A DNA stretch of 56,081 nt from Pseudogymnoascus verrucosus (taxonomy: Eukaryota), in NCBI GenBank assembly GCA_001662655.1, contig KV460244.1; one strand, 5' to 3'. The notes below the pieces were generated by a model. That model did not search any database. It was given only the letters and a program-made list of their open reading frames with translations, and was not told the origin of the DNA. Within the stretch, counting starts at the first letter, position 1. Every line of letters starts with the position of its first letter. Shown piece after piece: positions 24,316 through 36,190 of the stretch. Made by a program: the position numbers and the translations under genes.

Positions 24316-25086
24316 TTAACAAGGGAAGAATACCCTAGGCTGCTTCGGATAAGCTTTGGCGGCGAAGTCCTTGTCCATCGCAGAAAGCTTATCGTTCCAG
24401 CCAACCGAGAAGCCATCATTAGTAAAATCCGATGGGATAGCATAAAGCATGATCGAGAGCCTATCGAATCTCGAAGACTGGCTCATATCATGGTCATACT
24501 GCTTGAACACATTCTCCTCCACATCGGTATCTTTCCACCCTATCTTGCGGTAGTAAGCGAGCACCGCTGGCCTATTCCATTTGATGCCCATCACGGGACT
24601 CTGGTGCTCGTGTAGAAAGCCAAGGACGTGCCCAAACTCATGCAGAACCGTCCGCTTGAAAACACGCCCCGGGGTCCAATCGTTCAAGTGCAGGTTCATT
24701 GTTGGCTGTTGGTGGCCTCGCTCGTTGTGGCAATCAGTGCCGACAAGCGACCAATGCCCTTGGCCTGGCGTGAAGGCGATGCGGACATCAGCTTCATGGA
24801 TATTAACGAGGACTAGGTGCAGGTTGGCGTGTTCGAACCACTCGGATGCATATTGTATCACTTTTTCTCTCATAGCCACGCTGCCGCTCAAGAACCCTAC
24901 CCGAATTATGGTGCCGTTGGCCCACATTCGAGGTCGGGAGGTGCATAGGCGAAGGATGAGGCCGTTAGGTGGTGGAGGTGGTGGTGCTAGCAGAGTTCTG
25001 TTAGTGAGTGTCGCTGTTGTAGACTAGGAGAGTTTCAAACCGGAGATCTCAGCCATTTTTGAACAGCAGAGCAAGGTGCCGATCAT
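24316..25086 (-). CDS. Astacin-like (metzincin) zinc metalloprotease; N-terminal extension interrupted by TAG
   Basis: HEFGHVLGFLHEHQSP zinc motif and SIMLY Met-turn, plus WSLVGTD and PTMNL; intronless 203-aa ORF at 24927-24316. An in-frame upstream ATG at 25086 is separated from it by one TAG (~25024-25026). Confidence 0.85.
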
Positions 25087-25991
25087 GGTTGGAATCTTAG
25101 AAATCGTATAGTAGAGCGGTGAGCGAGTGTCAGCGAATAGAGTTGTGCAGTGCTTTTCCGAGACTACATTTGAGCTCAGGTGGGAGGATCACTATCGTCT
25201 TAAAGTACACTGCCGTTGTAAAGTCCTAAATTCGACATTCTCTGATTATGACACATTAAGTCCCATTTGTTATATTTTCTAAGGCATCGTTTCTTGCAAG
25301 TCCCGTTCTTGCGAGAGTACCTGCAGCTGTCACTTGGATCCGAGACTTTGTGCAAGCATACCGTCCCCGCTGTCACTCCAGTCACTCCAGTCCATTAAGT
25401 CCCGTTTGCTGTGTTAGGGTCACGTTTTTCCGATCAGCTCTCTTCTGAGATGAGATCATGCCGCTGCTCTAATTTAGTGGGTTGAAATCGGGAGTTTGTG
25501 TGGTGTACGATACGGTTTCACCATTCAGCAACAAAATATCCATCCACTCACAGAAGGGGGGATAAGTCCTGATTGTGGCTGGTGCACAGGGGCGACCCAC
25601 TCCGCCAGGCTATGACCCTTGCCACCCAATGAGTGACACGTTAGTGCCTCCGGCACGTGACTAGACTTAAGTCCAGATTTTCTTCTTTCATCCCGTCGCA
25701 AGCCGATGATGCATCGCCTAAAGTCCTGATTTCGCCTCCCGATAACAGGCTGCAAATCACATGCATATATACGCGATGTCCTCTGCGACTGACATGGAAG
25801 ATCTGTTCCTCTTTGTCTCAACTTCTACTCTTGTCAACATTCTGCAAGGCTGGGGACTGGAACTACAGACGTAACGCAACCCTCACATATCTTTCAGCAT
25901 CTACAAACATTTCTTTTGCCTTACCATACCCACGCCTTTCAACCTGCGATAGATATATGCTCTACAGTCACAACCTTGAGGGTCCTGCAAC

Positions 25992-28900
25992 ATGACAATT
26001 ACTTGGGGCTCCGCAGCGATGGATCTGCCAGGTGATATTCCGGGTAAGTTATTCATCCCCTTCGGTTGATTGGTTTATATTTGTTCCGGCCCAACCACGA
26101 ATAAGTGGTATTCGCGAATACGCTGGCCCATTCGCGAATGGGCCGGCCCAACCACGAATATGTTCCTTCGCGAATGGGCCGGCCCATTCGCGAATAGGCT
26201 GGCCCAACCACGAATAGCTGCCCAACCACGAATAGCTGCCTAATACGCGGGGTAGTATTATAGGATATTGTAGATAGAATCATAACATTAACCTTCAACT
26301 ATTAAAATGGATCCTACTATTGCCCATATTAATCCATTCCCTCAAGATGTTCGCACGGCCTTTCAGACCTATATTCATAGCTTTAGCTATGTTAATAGAG
26401 AGCGGCTAGACTACATAAAATATCAACAATTACTACTCTATCTTCAGAACCCACTACTAAAGCCTGCAACTCAAGTAGAGTCACGACTAAAGCATAGAGC
26501 TCAAACAGAGTTTATGCTTATACATAATAAGCTCTACCGGAAGCCTGACTCTAAGTTCCAGAGCCCACGATCTGTCGTTCTAGAGAGTGATGCATTTGAC
26601 ACTATTGTTAATGAACATCTACAGCTCTTACATGCAGGCCGGACAAAAACATGGACTATTCTACAACAGAAATACTATGGGCTAAAGCGAGAAGAAGCAG
26701 AGTTTATAGTAAAGCGATGTAAAAATTGCACACTAAATCGACCTGCTACTACAAAAGCTCCTCTAGTTCCTATTACTACAGGCCGAGCATGGGAAAGGGT
26801 TCAAATTGACTTAATTGATATGCGCCACGAGCCGTCAGGACGATATAAGTGGATTCTACATATAAAGGATCACTTCTCAAAATATACACAGCTATATCCA
26901 TTAAAGAGCAAGCATGCAAAGCCGATTGCAGACTGCTTTGCTACCTTTATTGCAGCTTTCTTACCTCCTAAGATTATGCAAGCTGATAATGGGAAGGAAT
27001 TTAAGGGGGCTCTACTTATCCTACTACGAAAGTATGGAATTCAAGTAGTAAATGGAGCACCACGGTCACCTCAAACGCAAGGCCTAGTTGAGCAGGCAAA
27101 TGGAATTGTAGAAGCAAAGCTCCGAGCATGGAAAATGGACCATGGGTCTACAGAGTGGAATGATGGGCTACTTGAGGTCACGCTTGCAATGAACACCCAA
27201 ATCCACTCTACAATTGGGTGCGCACCAGCCGAGCTACTATTCCGAGACAGGAACTCTCATATTGACTGGCTTAATAGCCAGGCCCGGAAGGATCTCTCAA
27301 TTGGAGTTGAGCAGGAGGACCCTAATATGGGACCAATTTTTGAGAGCCAGCTTGAGCCTGAAGCTCAAATTGACCCACAGCTTCAGCAAGAGCGAGAGCT
27401 CTCAATCAATTCTGAGCTGGCGCCCTCGATCAATTCTGAGCTGCTGCTCTCGCTCAATTCTGAGCTAGCAGAATCGATCAATTCTGAGCGAGCGCAAGAG
27501 CAGCTTCATTCTGAGCTCCGTCGTGGGACCCGGGCTCGGGTGCCAGCTCAGCCTAGGACTGAGCTTCGAGCTACACCTGACCCTATAATTGAGCAGGCTA
27601 TAGCAGCTACTCAAAGAGCACGGGTTTCTATGGTACGCAAGTACACTAAGAAGCATGACATACAGCACTTTAAAGTAGGGGATATAGTCTCTATAAAGGT
27701 TCCACGGGAGGATAGAACCTCAACTGATAATAAGAGGCTCTTTGCACGCATTTTAAAAGAGCCTTACCCACACCGGTATCAGGTTATAACAGCCTCTGGT
27801 ATTATACAACGCCTTATACCTACAAAATCACTTGGTGTTGTAGAGCAGGCTCTATGGTCTGATATTCAAATTCCTAATTCTACAAAGCAGGTAGGATTAG
27901 GGCTTGCAGCTAGAGAGGCTTCTACAAGTGTACGGGTAAGAATATCATGTCAATGCAAAGGGCAGTGTAGTACAAAGAGGTGCCGCTGTTATAAGGAGGT
28001 TAAGCAGTGTAGTGTTCACTGTCATAATGATGATCATAACTGTGGCAACTTATCAGGCCTAGCTACTCGTACGGAATTAGCTTTAGTAGAAAAGCCAAAG
28101 CGGAAGCGGGCAAGAGCAGACACTATTGGCAATAGTGTTTAGATTATTAATTTATTCAATTTGCTATACTCTTCTACTATTTGTAGTTGGCCTATTCGTG
28201 GTTGGGCCAGCCTATTCGCGAATGGGCCAGCGTATTCGCGAATACCACTTATTCGTGGTTGGGCCGGAACATATTTATAAGTAGAATCGGGAATGCCTAA
28301 GTCGGAGCCTAATGCTGCGAAGCTCCAGGCCGAAGTCGACGGCCTATTCGCGGGCATCAACTTGCTCAACAAAATGGAACCGGACGAAAGCGATGGCGAT
28401 TCGTCCGACTCAGACTCTGATGGAGACGACACCGATATGGAGGATGTGGATGATTTTGGTGGTGAAGACGCCTACATCTCTCACGCCGATAGCCAACAGC
28501 CAATCCCCAAATACAAACACCACCCTGGTCTATCCCTAGAGTCGCTCTGGGTTGATCTGGTGAAGGATATCAAGCACCACTATCCTTGGGTCAATTTGAA
28601 GATTCCCATGAACTTCCGTCGCTACATCAAACTACTGCAACCGAGCTCCACAGGCCAACTTATATGCCGCTCCTGCCGCCCCTATAAGGATGATTCGGTT
28701 TTCTGCAGCAGCGTGTATATCAAAGATCATTTCTTATACAGGCACTGCGGTATTGGTTTCAGACACTACGCTCTAAAGCGAACCGTGGAGATCGTGCAAG
28801 GACTGATGGAACAGCCTTATATCAAGTCAAGAATCACAGAACTGCGCGCACGTTGCTGGCAAGCAACCCCCGAGCCCCCGCCCCCGCATTCTTTCCTAAG

Positions 28901-30884
28901 ACAGCCTCGGCGATTGCTTAATCGACAAGCGCCGAATTTATTCAGAGATGAGACAAAGGCTCGCCAATGGAAAATTCTTCGAAAAGTGCGGACGAACTTC
29001 AAATCATTCCACCAGCGGTTTCTCAAGTTATGCAGAAGCTCCGATCAACTGGACGCCAGACGATTTGCAAAGAAGAAATGTCGACGCTGGAAGGATGTCT
29101 TCAACACGTCGATCCTTACTTTGAGAAAAATATTGCGGGATCGTCCTCCAGCTTCCCTCGCAGAGATCGTTGCATTCATCGCCCTTTCATGCGCTCTGAA
29201 GAAAAATAAGTCCGTCGAGTTCAATGAGCCACCTTGTCTGAAGGATCTTATGGCCTGGAAAACTGGGATCTCAAAGTCTCAAGACCGTTGCCTGTTCGAT
29301 AAGTTGGTACACCTGCTTTGGCCTAACATTGACCTAGAATGGAGTCTGCACGCTTGCCAAGAAGCGAATAACATACATTCCAATATTCAGGGAATAAAGC
29401 ACCTGCAATCGAGTACGCGCGATTCGAGCGTGTGGATTGATAACTTAAACTCTCAGTGTTACGGAGCAAAGTCAGGTCCTTCTGCTTTGCGCGTCTTCGC
29501 AGAGAATCTCGTGGAGGAGTCGGCGTCTGAATCAAAATTTCACGAATTACTCGATCTGAGATATCGAACATATGCTGAGCAACAAGAAGATCCTCACTGC
29601 AGTCGTCATTCGCCATCCCAACTTACCAACTGGCCCAGCCCAGTGCGACCTTTTCCCACTGATGTGAGTTCTTCCAAAAGAAGATCGTCAGATCAATTAC
29701 GACTCGGACAAGAATCTCCTTCAACAACACCGGAAGATGCATCTTCTCCCCGTATCAACACCCCAGATGGTGGTAGCTCGACAGCCGATATCCAGCTCCT
29801 CCAGGTTCTCAGGGCTACGATTGTGTTCATAACAGTCTACAAATTCATACTATGTGAGTCATCAACGTATTGCCCTGCTCTCCCTCCGGTTCTTGTTTAC
29901 TTTCACCTGATGAGTTTGAAGTGTCCTTAGCTAATATACTACTTGATAGGGCTCGCGGATCAAGGTGGTGTTCTCCTTCGGTTTGGCCTCAGCATTAAGT
30001 GGGCAACAAATCCGTGGGATCCAGCTTTACCACCCTTCGACATCAGTATACCGGCCGGCAACAATATAGGCTTACATGAATTCCGAACCAATCTGCTTCA
30101 ATTAACCAGCCAACTCAGCCTCGATCATGGTGATGATCATAAGAGTCTGAATTTTAACGCCATTCAACTGTTGCCATTATTCAAATCCGCTATCCCGTTT
30201 GTCGATTTCGGTATCCTCCACACTGTCCTTGAAGTGGAGTATTACCTTCTTCATGCTGCTAATGTACGTATGAAAATACTCTTCAATCCCCTTCGTTTAA
30301 CAGCCTGACTAATATATCCATAGTATCTTGCGCCAGAATGCTTAGACATGGTCCAGATGAAAGTGTCGGCCTGTAAGCCTACGGAATTAGGGTCATTTCA
30401 AGGCATGCCACAGATCCAAGACATATACTTAGGAGAATCACTTGCCCAGAACTGGACCCCAACAGGACCCATCGGCACGCCTCCTCCCCAAGAATCACAC
30501 CCTTCTACAACGCCCAATACAGTAACCACCCAATCGCCAAGCAATTTCGAACCCTCCATCACAGGCCTGACGCCAGCGACACTGGATCAAGGTGCCTCAC
30601 CTTTAGAGGCTCGTTGCCCCCATGCCACCTGCCACAACGTCGTTTTCTACGGCCCACATTGCCAAAACAGCCTCTTTCGCCATGAAAGAGAGGAACACCA
30701 AGGCCACAAGTTTAGATGTCCAATTGAAGGCTGCTCGAAAACACCATCGGGTCGTCGACACAATATCATCGACCATCTTGGCAAGAAACATAGCATAGGG
30801 AAGGAGAAAGCAGTCAATTTAGTGCCAAGGAATGGTACGCGGGCACCGAACCGCCAGCGAAGACAACTTGCGTTATCTAAGTAA
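25992..30884 (+). CDS. C2H2 zinc-finger protein whose first intron carries the Ginger-like element
   Basis: Exon 1 at 25992-26043 (MTITWGSAAMDLPGDIP) with a GTAAGT donor at 26044. The acceptor TAG at 28282-28284 joins in frame to the 28293 ORF. Further introns ~29854-29949 and ~30264-30323. C-terminal CPHATC..HEREEH and CPIEGC..HLGKKH fingers. Confidence 0.7.
26082..28271 (+). mobile_element. Ginger-like (Ginger2/TDD-type) DNA transposon, 2190 bp, apparently intact
   Basis: 79-bp TIRs (26082-26160 and 28193-28271, 2 mismatches), TGT...ACA ends, 4-bp TSD TATT (26078-26081 and 28272-28275), single integrase ORF. Confidence 0.9.
26307..28142 (+). CDS. Retroviral-type (rve) DDE integrase/transposase with HHCC zinc finger and C-terminal CXC domain
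   Basis: H-x4-H...CKNC; QIDLID, QADNGKEF and QGLVEQANG (D,D,E); CQCKGQCSTKRCRC...CSVHCH. Uninterrupted 611 aa; similar in layout to SCAND3/KRBA2-type integrases. Confidence 0.92.
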   Translation: MDPTIAHINPFPQDVRTAFQTYIHSFSYVNRERLDYIKYQQLLLYLQNPLLKPATQVESRLKHRAQTEFMLIHNKLYRKPDSKFQSPRSVVLESDAFDTIVNEHLQLLHAGRTKTWTILQQKYYGLKREEAEFIVKRCKNCTLNRPATTKAPLVPITTGRAWERVQIDLIDMRHEPSGRYKWILHIKDHFSKYTQLYPLKSKHAKPIADCFATFIAAFLPPKIMQADNGKEFKGALLILLRKYGIQVVNGAPRSPQTQGLVEQANGIVEAKLRAWKMDHGSTEWNDGLLEVTLAMNTQIHSTIGCAPAELLFRDRNSHIDWLNSQARKDLSIGVEQEDPNMGPIFESQLEPEAQIDPQLQQERELSINSELAPSINSELLLSLNSELAESINSERAQEQLHSELRRGTRARVPAQPRTELRATPDPIIEQAIAATQRARVSMVRKYTKKHDIQHFKVGDIVSIKVPREDRTSTDNKRLFARILKEPYPHRYQVITASGIIQRLIPTKSLGVVEQALWSDIQIPNSTKQVGLGLAAREASTSVRVRISCQCKGQCSTKRCRCYKEVKQCSVHCHNDDHNCGNLSGLATRTELALVEKPKRKRARADTIGNSV

Positions 30885-31216
30885 GGCAACGGTGATGCAA
30901 CTGTTTACTTGTAGCACAGTGCAGATGGAGGTATTATATCCATCCATCATCTATGCCAGCAGCAATTCCCCCTTTGCTAACGGGCTTGTGCGATTTATGT
31001 GTGGAATTTTTGAGCTTCCGGGCAAGAATCTGGCCTCTGTATTTATTTATTTCAAAAGCGATTCGTTGATCCAGGATGTTTACATACCATAGAATTGAAA
31101 ACATGCTTCTTCGAACTTTACTTTGTTGCAGAGAGAGTTGATGTCGCTGATGTGAAAAAAGGTTCATCTACTCATCTCATGTATTTAATATATATCCAAA
31201 TTTTTGACGTCGGCGA

Positions 31217-31350
31217 TTATCCTTGCGCGTTACCCCTGTGCATTACCCCTGTACATTATCCTTGGACGTTACCCTTGGACGTTACCCTTGGACGTTACCC
31301 TTGGACGTTACCCTTGGACGTTACCCTTGGACGTTACCCTTAGACGTCAC
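31217..31350. repeat. 13-bp minisatellite (CCTTGGACGTTAC)n
   Basis: About six exact units over 31260-31340, plus about three or four degenerate flanking units. Confidence 0.9.
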
Positions 31351-31989
31351 CTCTTCTTACATATAGACACTTGTGAAGCGCCATACCGTATCCTTCGATG
31401 AGCATCTCGTACATTGCAATTTTGGTAAACTATACTCTTGCTGCGAGGTGCCATCTCTAACTTTGCTATTTCGCTCTTTGCCATTTTCCTGTGATCTTGC
31501 TCTCTCTAGCCCCGCAGCGTTGAATATACAATTGCAAGTTTGCCAATGATCGTTCTTGCTTTTCCAATAACTTGCTAATTTCTGTGTCATGGACGTTTGT
31601 ATTGTTGCCACCCACCTTGCCCATAGGCTTTCCTGTACCTAGAAGACTAATAACTCTCCTGCAATCCTTGATCGATTTCTTAATAACCCTTGGGGTTTTG
31701 TTCATCCAAAGATTTTCGCTTTCGAGATACGTCTGGACTGAGACCACTTTCTGTTGTTTACGACGGTAGACTGGACTGCTGCCCTCCCCATTACTATCCT
31801 CGATGATGATAGCTCTGTCTACTACCATTAGTGTTGGTCCTCAAAAACTCCTTTCAAGCAACAGAAAACATACCGGTATCTCCATCGTCTAATCGCTTTC
31901 TCTTATGTTGATTTAGTTCCAAGGACCTGCTGATTCTATTTGTCGGCGCTGTAGGTTGGCTATCATTGTCGATGATAATTCTGCCGTCA

Positions 31990-32547
31990 CTATTCGAGCA
32001 GTCTCGGAGCTGGGGATTTTACGCGAACGGCCACGCCGAGGATGTAATACAGACAATTCACAGGTTCAATTATAAAGCGCTCTGCTACTGCTGTAGAGAC
32101 TCAGTGCTCTCCGAGCGGTTGTGGGCTAGATTGTCGCAACTCTTGCTCCCGTTATATAAGAAAGCTCTGGACCAAGTGGCTTTCCTGATAGCTACTGAGC
32201 AGCATGGTAACCTAATGACCATGAACCATTACTTTGCCGACAACTTGCGCAAGGCCCGAGAAGATCGAATCAAGCAGCGGCTTCTCAGCTTGAACCCATG
32301 GACGACAGATGATGCGCAAAAAGAGCCGCTACTGCGCTTGACAGATACCATTGCAGCGCTTGTAAGCAATAACGAGCAGTCAACGCAAGATTTGCATGAT
32401 ACCCTAGAATCATATTACAAGGTAGCCCGGAAAATATTCGTGGATGCCGTTTGTCTTCAAGCTATAGACCACTTTCTCGTTAGCAGCAAAGAGGGTCCGC
32501 TCTGGCTGTTCTCGCCGCAATTCATAGGCGGAATTAGTTGTAATTGA
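31990..32547 (+). pseudogene. Dynamin/Mx-like GTPase C-terminal (GED) fragment
   Basis: TMNHYFADNL, SNNEQSTQDLHDTLESYYKVARKIFVDAVCLQAIDHFL and GPLWLFSP match the fungal dynamin-like GED; the GTPase domain is absent. Confidence 0.85.
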
Positions 32548-32990
32548 ATCCATGTCACGATCGATATTATCATATAGCACTCTCTCGTATATCACTATTT
32601 AGGCTTAGTTTACTCACTCAGTGCAACATCCTGGCGCTGGCTCAAGACGTTGCTCTCCAGACAATAAGGGATAGTCAGGCCCCGATGTTGTCGTCCAGTG
32701 ATATTTTGAGGAGTACGATACGAGATGGAGCTTCGAACGGTTCCAAAAAATCCGGAATTCTCTTCCATTATATACCCCTGCCGCATGCCACATTTGGCAT
32801 GCCATGTGTGGCATCCGGGTCCATCGAACCATCCGATCATCCCACCATCGGACGCCTGGCATCTCTAGTGTGGAACCTCGGGCCATCGCATCACCCTATC
32901 GCCCAACTCCTCTGTCGTGTAGCCTCCCTATCCCCCTCATATACCATCAGCCATATTCACAACACTACCCATCTCTCTACTTATCTTACA

Positions 32991-33610
32991 ACAAAACCAC
33001 CCATAAATCTTGCAGTGCTTTTGGATTGAGTTCTTTTAACACGACAAATTGATCACAGTCGACGAAGTCGAAGCCATCCGGCGGCTCTCCTAACGCTTTA
33101 TAAGGTTGCCCACCCGGTTTGGGTGAAACATCTTTTAGAAACTCACGGGTAAATTCCCTATACTTTTTAAGCAATGGCTTTCGTCTTTCTATTCCCTAAA
33201 TTATGTGATCTACATAAATGAGCATCTAACCTTCCAATAGCTGTATGATGCAATGTACAGGAAAAAACGTCATATTATATTCAAATGTGTCGTCGTCCTG
33301 GCTGTTATCATTATCTGTTATCCCAGTCAATGGTCGCTTGTTCAGCAACCCCAAGTCAGCCGACAACCCCAACATTAACCCTAGAACCCTTCCAACCTAC
33401 TCATATTCGGCCAGTAGATGTTTGGCAGCAAGATCCATGCTTGATTAATATTATATGTTAGCGGTAAAGCAAAAGCTGGCGTCGTTTAAAAGTTATGGCA
33501 CTTCACTACTCGCCGATTTGAGTCCCGATTTGAGTGCCACGCTTAACCTAATCTATCCGCGCTTACCGTATTAAAAGCCGATTTGGGTCAGATCGTAGGG
33601 AGCCTATATA
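32991..33610 (-). mobile_element. Family A-related copy A2: terminus plus DUF3505-like 5' remnant (diverged subfamily)
   Basis: Collinear with 2701-3340; retains the ATG at 33438 (MDLAAKHLL...); terminus GATTTGAGTC...GCGCTTACCG...GGGTCAGATC. Confidence 0.8.
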
Positions 33611-34375
33611 ATAGGACGCCACAAATGTCCAACTACAGGACTATGACTATGACTTTCTGAGGACGAAATAACACTGTGTACGGTCACAATGCTAGGGGTA
33701 GTGATGCAGTGGCAGCCAAGGAGGGTTGAAGACATCAAGGAAGTGTGCGTCAAGTCTCCTCACGATTATAGCATCGCCACCGCAATTGATGACAGCTGCA
33801 CAACTCATGATAAGTATTCATATTCGTTGCTCAATATTTGGGCAGATTAATTGTGGGCAACCGGGTTTTGGGCTGACGATAAAAAAAAGCTTGAGAACAA
33901 ACTCGCTAAAGCTTGAAGGAAACAAGTCTCCAAGAGGGCATAATTTGAGAATATTTAGATAGGGATTTCTTCATGGACCTTCATTCTAGAAAGCTGACTA
34001 TGGGATATCATGGGTGACTCTTATCAAATTCTACCAGATAGATGACAGTCATCTATCTAGTTTGGCTGCCAACCAAATCAAGCTGACATTCAAGGAATTC
34101 ATTGACATAGGTTTTGAATTACTGTACTGTAGTCGCGAGTGCACCGACGTCCGCGTTGAACACTGTTGAAATTTCCCGTCAGCCACAAATGACGCTGAGA
34201 ATAGGGCTCTAAAGCGACATTTCTTCTAGCATCACGTCGATCTGCCCGGGTACCAATCTTGCATTCCTTCCTTCCAGTCTGCTCAATGGATGTAACACTC
34301 CAGGTATGGAAGAAGAAATTCACAACTTGGTACGCCAAAAGATCTGCGAAGTGCTAACACTTTGCGGATTAAAAA

Positions 34376-36190
34376 ATGGCAACAATGAGCAGCTCAAGGA
34401 AGAAATTGTTAATATTTCCAGAATTGGTAAGTAATCAACCAGCTATACTTTACTTCGTCGCTAATACTGGTGCACTTAATAATATCCGACTTGATGTAGG
34501 AATAAAGGGAGACTTAGAATCAAATGATTTTGTATTGGTACGCGTCCACAGGTCCAATCGCGTCAAATCTTCTGTTCAAAAACGAAAATTCGATAATCTG
34601 AAGGGTTTAACAATTCCTTGCAAGAGGAAACGGAAGTCGTCCAAGTCTGCCACATCTGCCAAAAAGGATACGACTATCAAATCACCGGCTGCTATCATTG
34701 AGTTCAGCGCCGATGTGGACACGACGGTCGGCACACACTCTGCAGTCGATGAGCACGGCACAGATGCGGCTGTAGAGCACGCAGCGGTCGACACAGTAGC
34801 TGCTGTCGATGGGCGAGGCATTGATGTGGCTGTAGAGGACACAACGTTTGATACCCCCTCTGAACATGTTAAATCGGTCTCAAATGGGGTTATGACGGAC
34901 TCTTTGCAATCGTCGAGGCAAACGGACAACCCAAGCCCCGAATCATCCTCTACGACAGCAAATACCCATATAGGAGCGCAGCCAAGCCTACTACTCTCGT
35001 GCAAACTACCTACTACGGCGGATCTTTTATACCCCGAGCATGCAATTTATGTTGTAACCTCGGTGCTTCTGGAGTTGGTAAATCGACATGATAGGATTGG
35101 GCAGTTCGGCAACCGCACCGAAAGGGAAATGGTGACGAGCACGACAAGTAGTACCAAGATACGTGCGTTTACAAAACAGCTTGCTAGTTTGGAATATGAA
35201 GCTGCAGTTCATGCTATCTCGAAGAGAAACGCGAGGCATGCAGCTAACGGCATACAAATTGATAGTGATGAAAACGCATATTGGGAAATAATCTTGAAAG
35301 GTGTCAAAATCCTTGATCCCGCGACCTTGCCTAAGGAATCATATAAGGGACCCCTTGGTTGTTTTAGCGCTGCTGAGAAGGTCGCGACAGAAAACTTTAT
35401 GAAACGCGCTGGCTTTGGAACGAGCCCGGAAAACCAGCGGCAGTGTCGCTGCTTCTGGAAAGCCTTGTTCGATATTCGGAAAGCAAGTGTCGAGATGATC
35501 ACTTGTTACCGAACTGCTGAGTTTACCCAATACTGCAAAACATACCCGAGAAGGTCAGACATTTCTCTTGTTGACACTATTGTGTCCTGGGAAAAGGTTT
35601 ACGGACCTCAAATCGACCAGCTTGAGAGCCGAGTGTTTGAATATCGCAAAGGAGATTTTTCGGGCAGATCCCGTCTAATGCAAAAGCATGTCGCCGGAAG
35701 ACTTCAAGTTGCGGATTCATTATGGAATGATGCTTCCAATGAGTGGTGCTCTAATGACGAAAAGGCTGCTTTCAAGCTTGCGACGACAGTCAAAGCAACT
35801 TCGTCAAAGAGTCTAGCAAGCCTTTTCAATGATCGTGCTAACACCCACCAGCATTGGAATAAAGCTATCTTTATATCTTTTTGGCCACACGGCGACAAGC
35901 GCCTCGCTGTCAGTCCTATAATTCCAGTACTTCCAGGGGATTTCTTAGGCATCTACTCTGGAATCGTCCGATTTTCAGACATCGCGAGTAACTCGCATGC
36001 TATCCCTGGGCCTGAACCAAAACTTTGGTTAGACTACTCGCAGAATACTGGGACCCTTAACCAGATGCAAGTTTCGAAGCATAATGCTGACGCAAATGTA
36101 CATCTACGCTGGGAGGCTGTCAATGAGCAGGATGAAACAGGCTCTTGTGAATCGTGGCGGGTCTTAGTTATAGCTAGCAAGGCTATCATT
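34376..36190 (+). CDS. Conserved fungal hypothetical protein with a C-terminal SET-like region, truncated by the family C element
   Basis: Long ORF; YWEIILKG..AEKVAT..FM..AGFGTS..NQR.CR.FWK block; PGDFLGIYSG...WLDYSQNTGTLNQM..ANV resembles a divergent SET domain. The end of the ORF runs into element sequence. Confidence 0.55.

Noticed and set aside
26082..28271. LTR retrotransposon or Maverick/Polinton integrase
   Set aside because: Bounded by inverted repeats with a 4-bp TSD at only 2.2 kb; no gag, RT, RNase H, PolB, ATPase or capsid.
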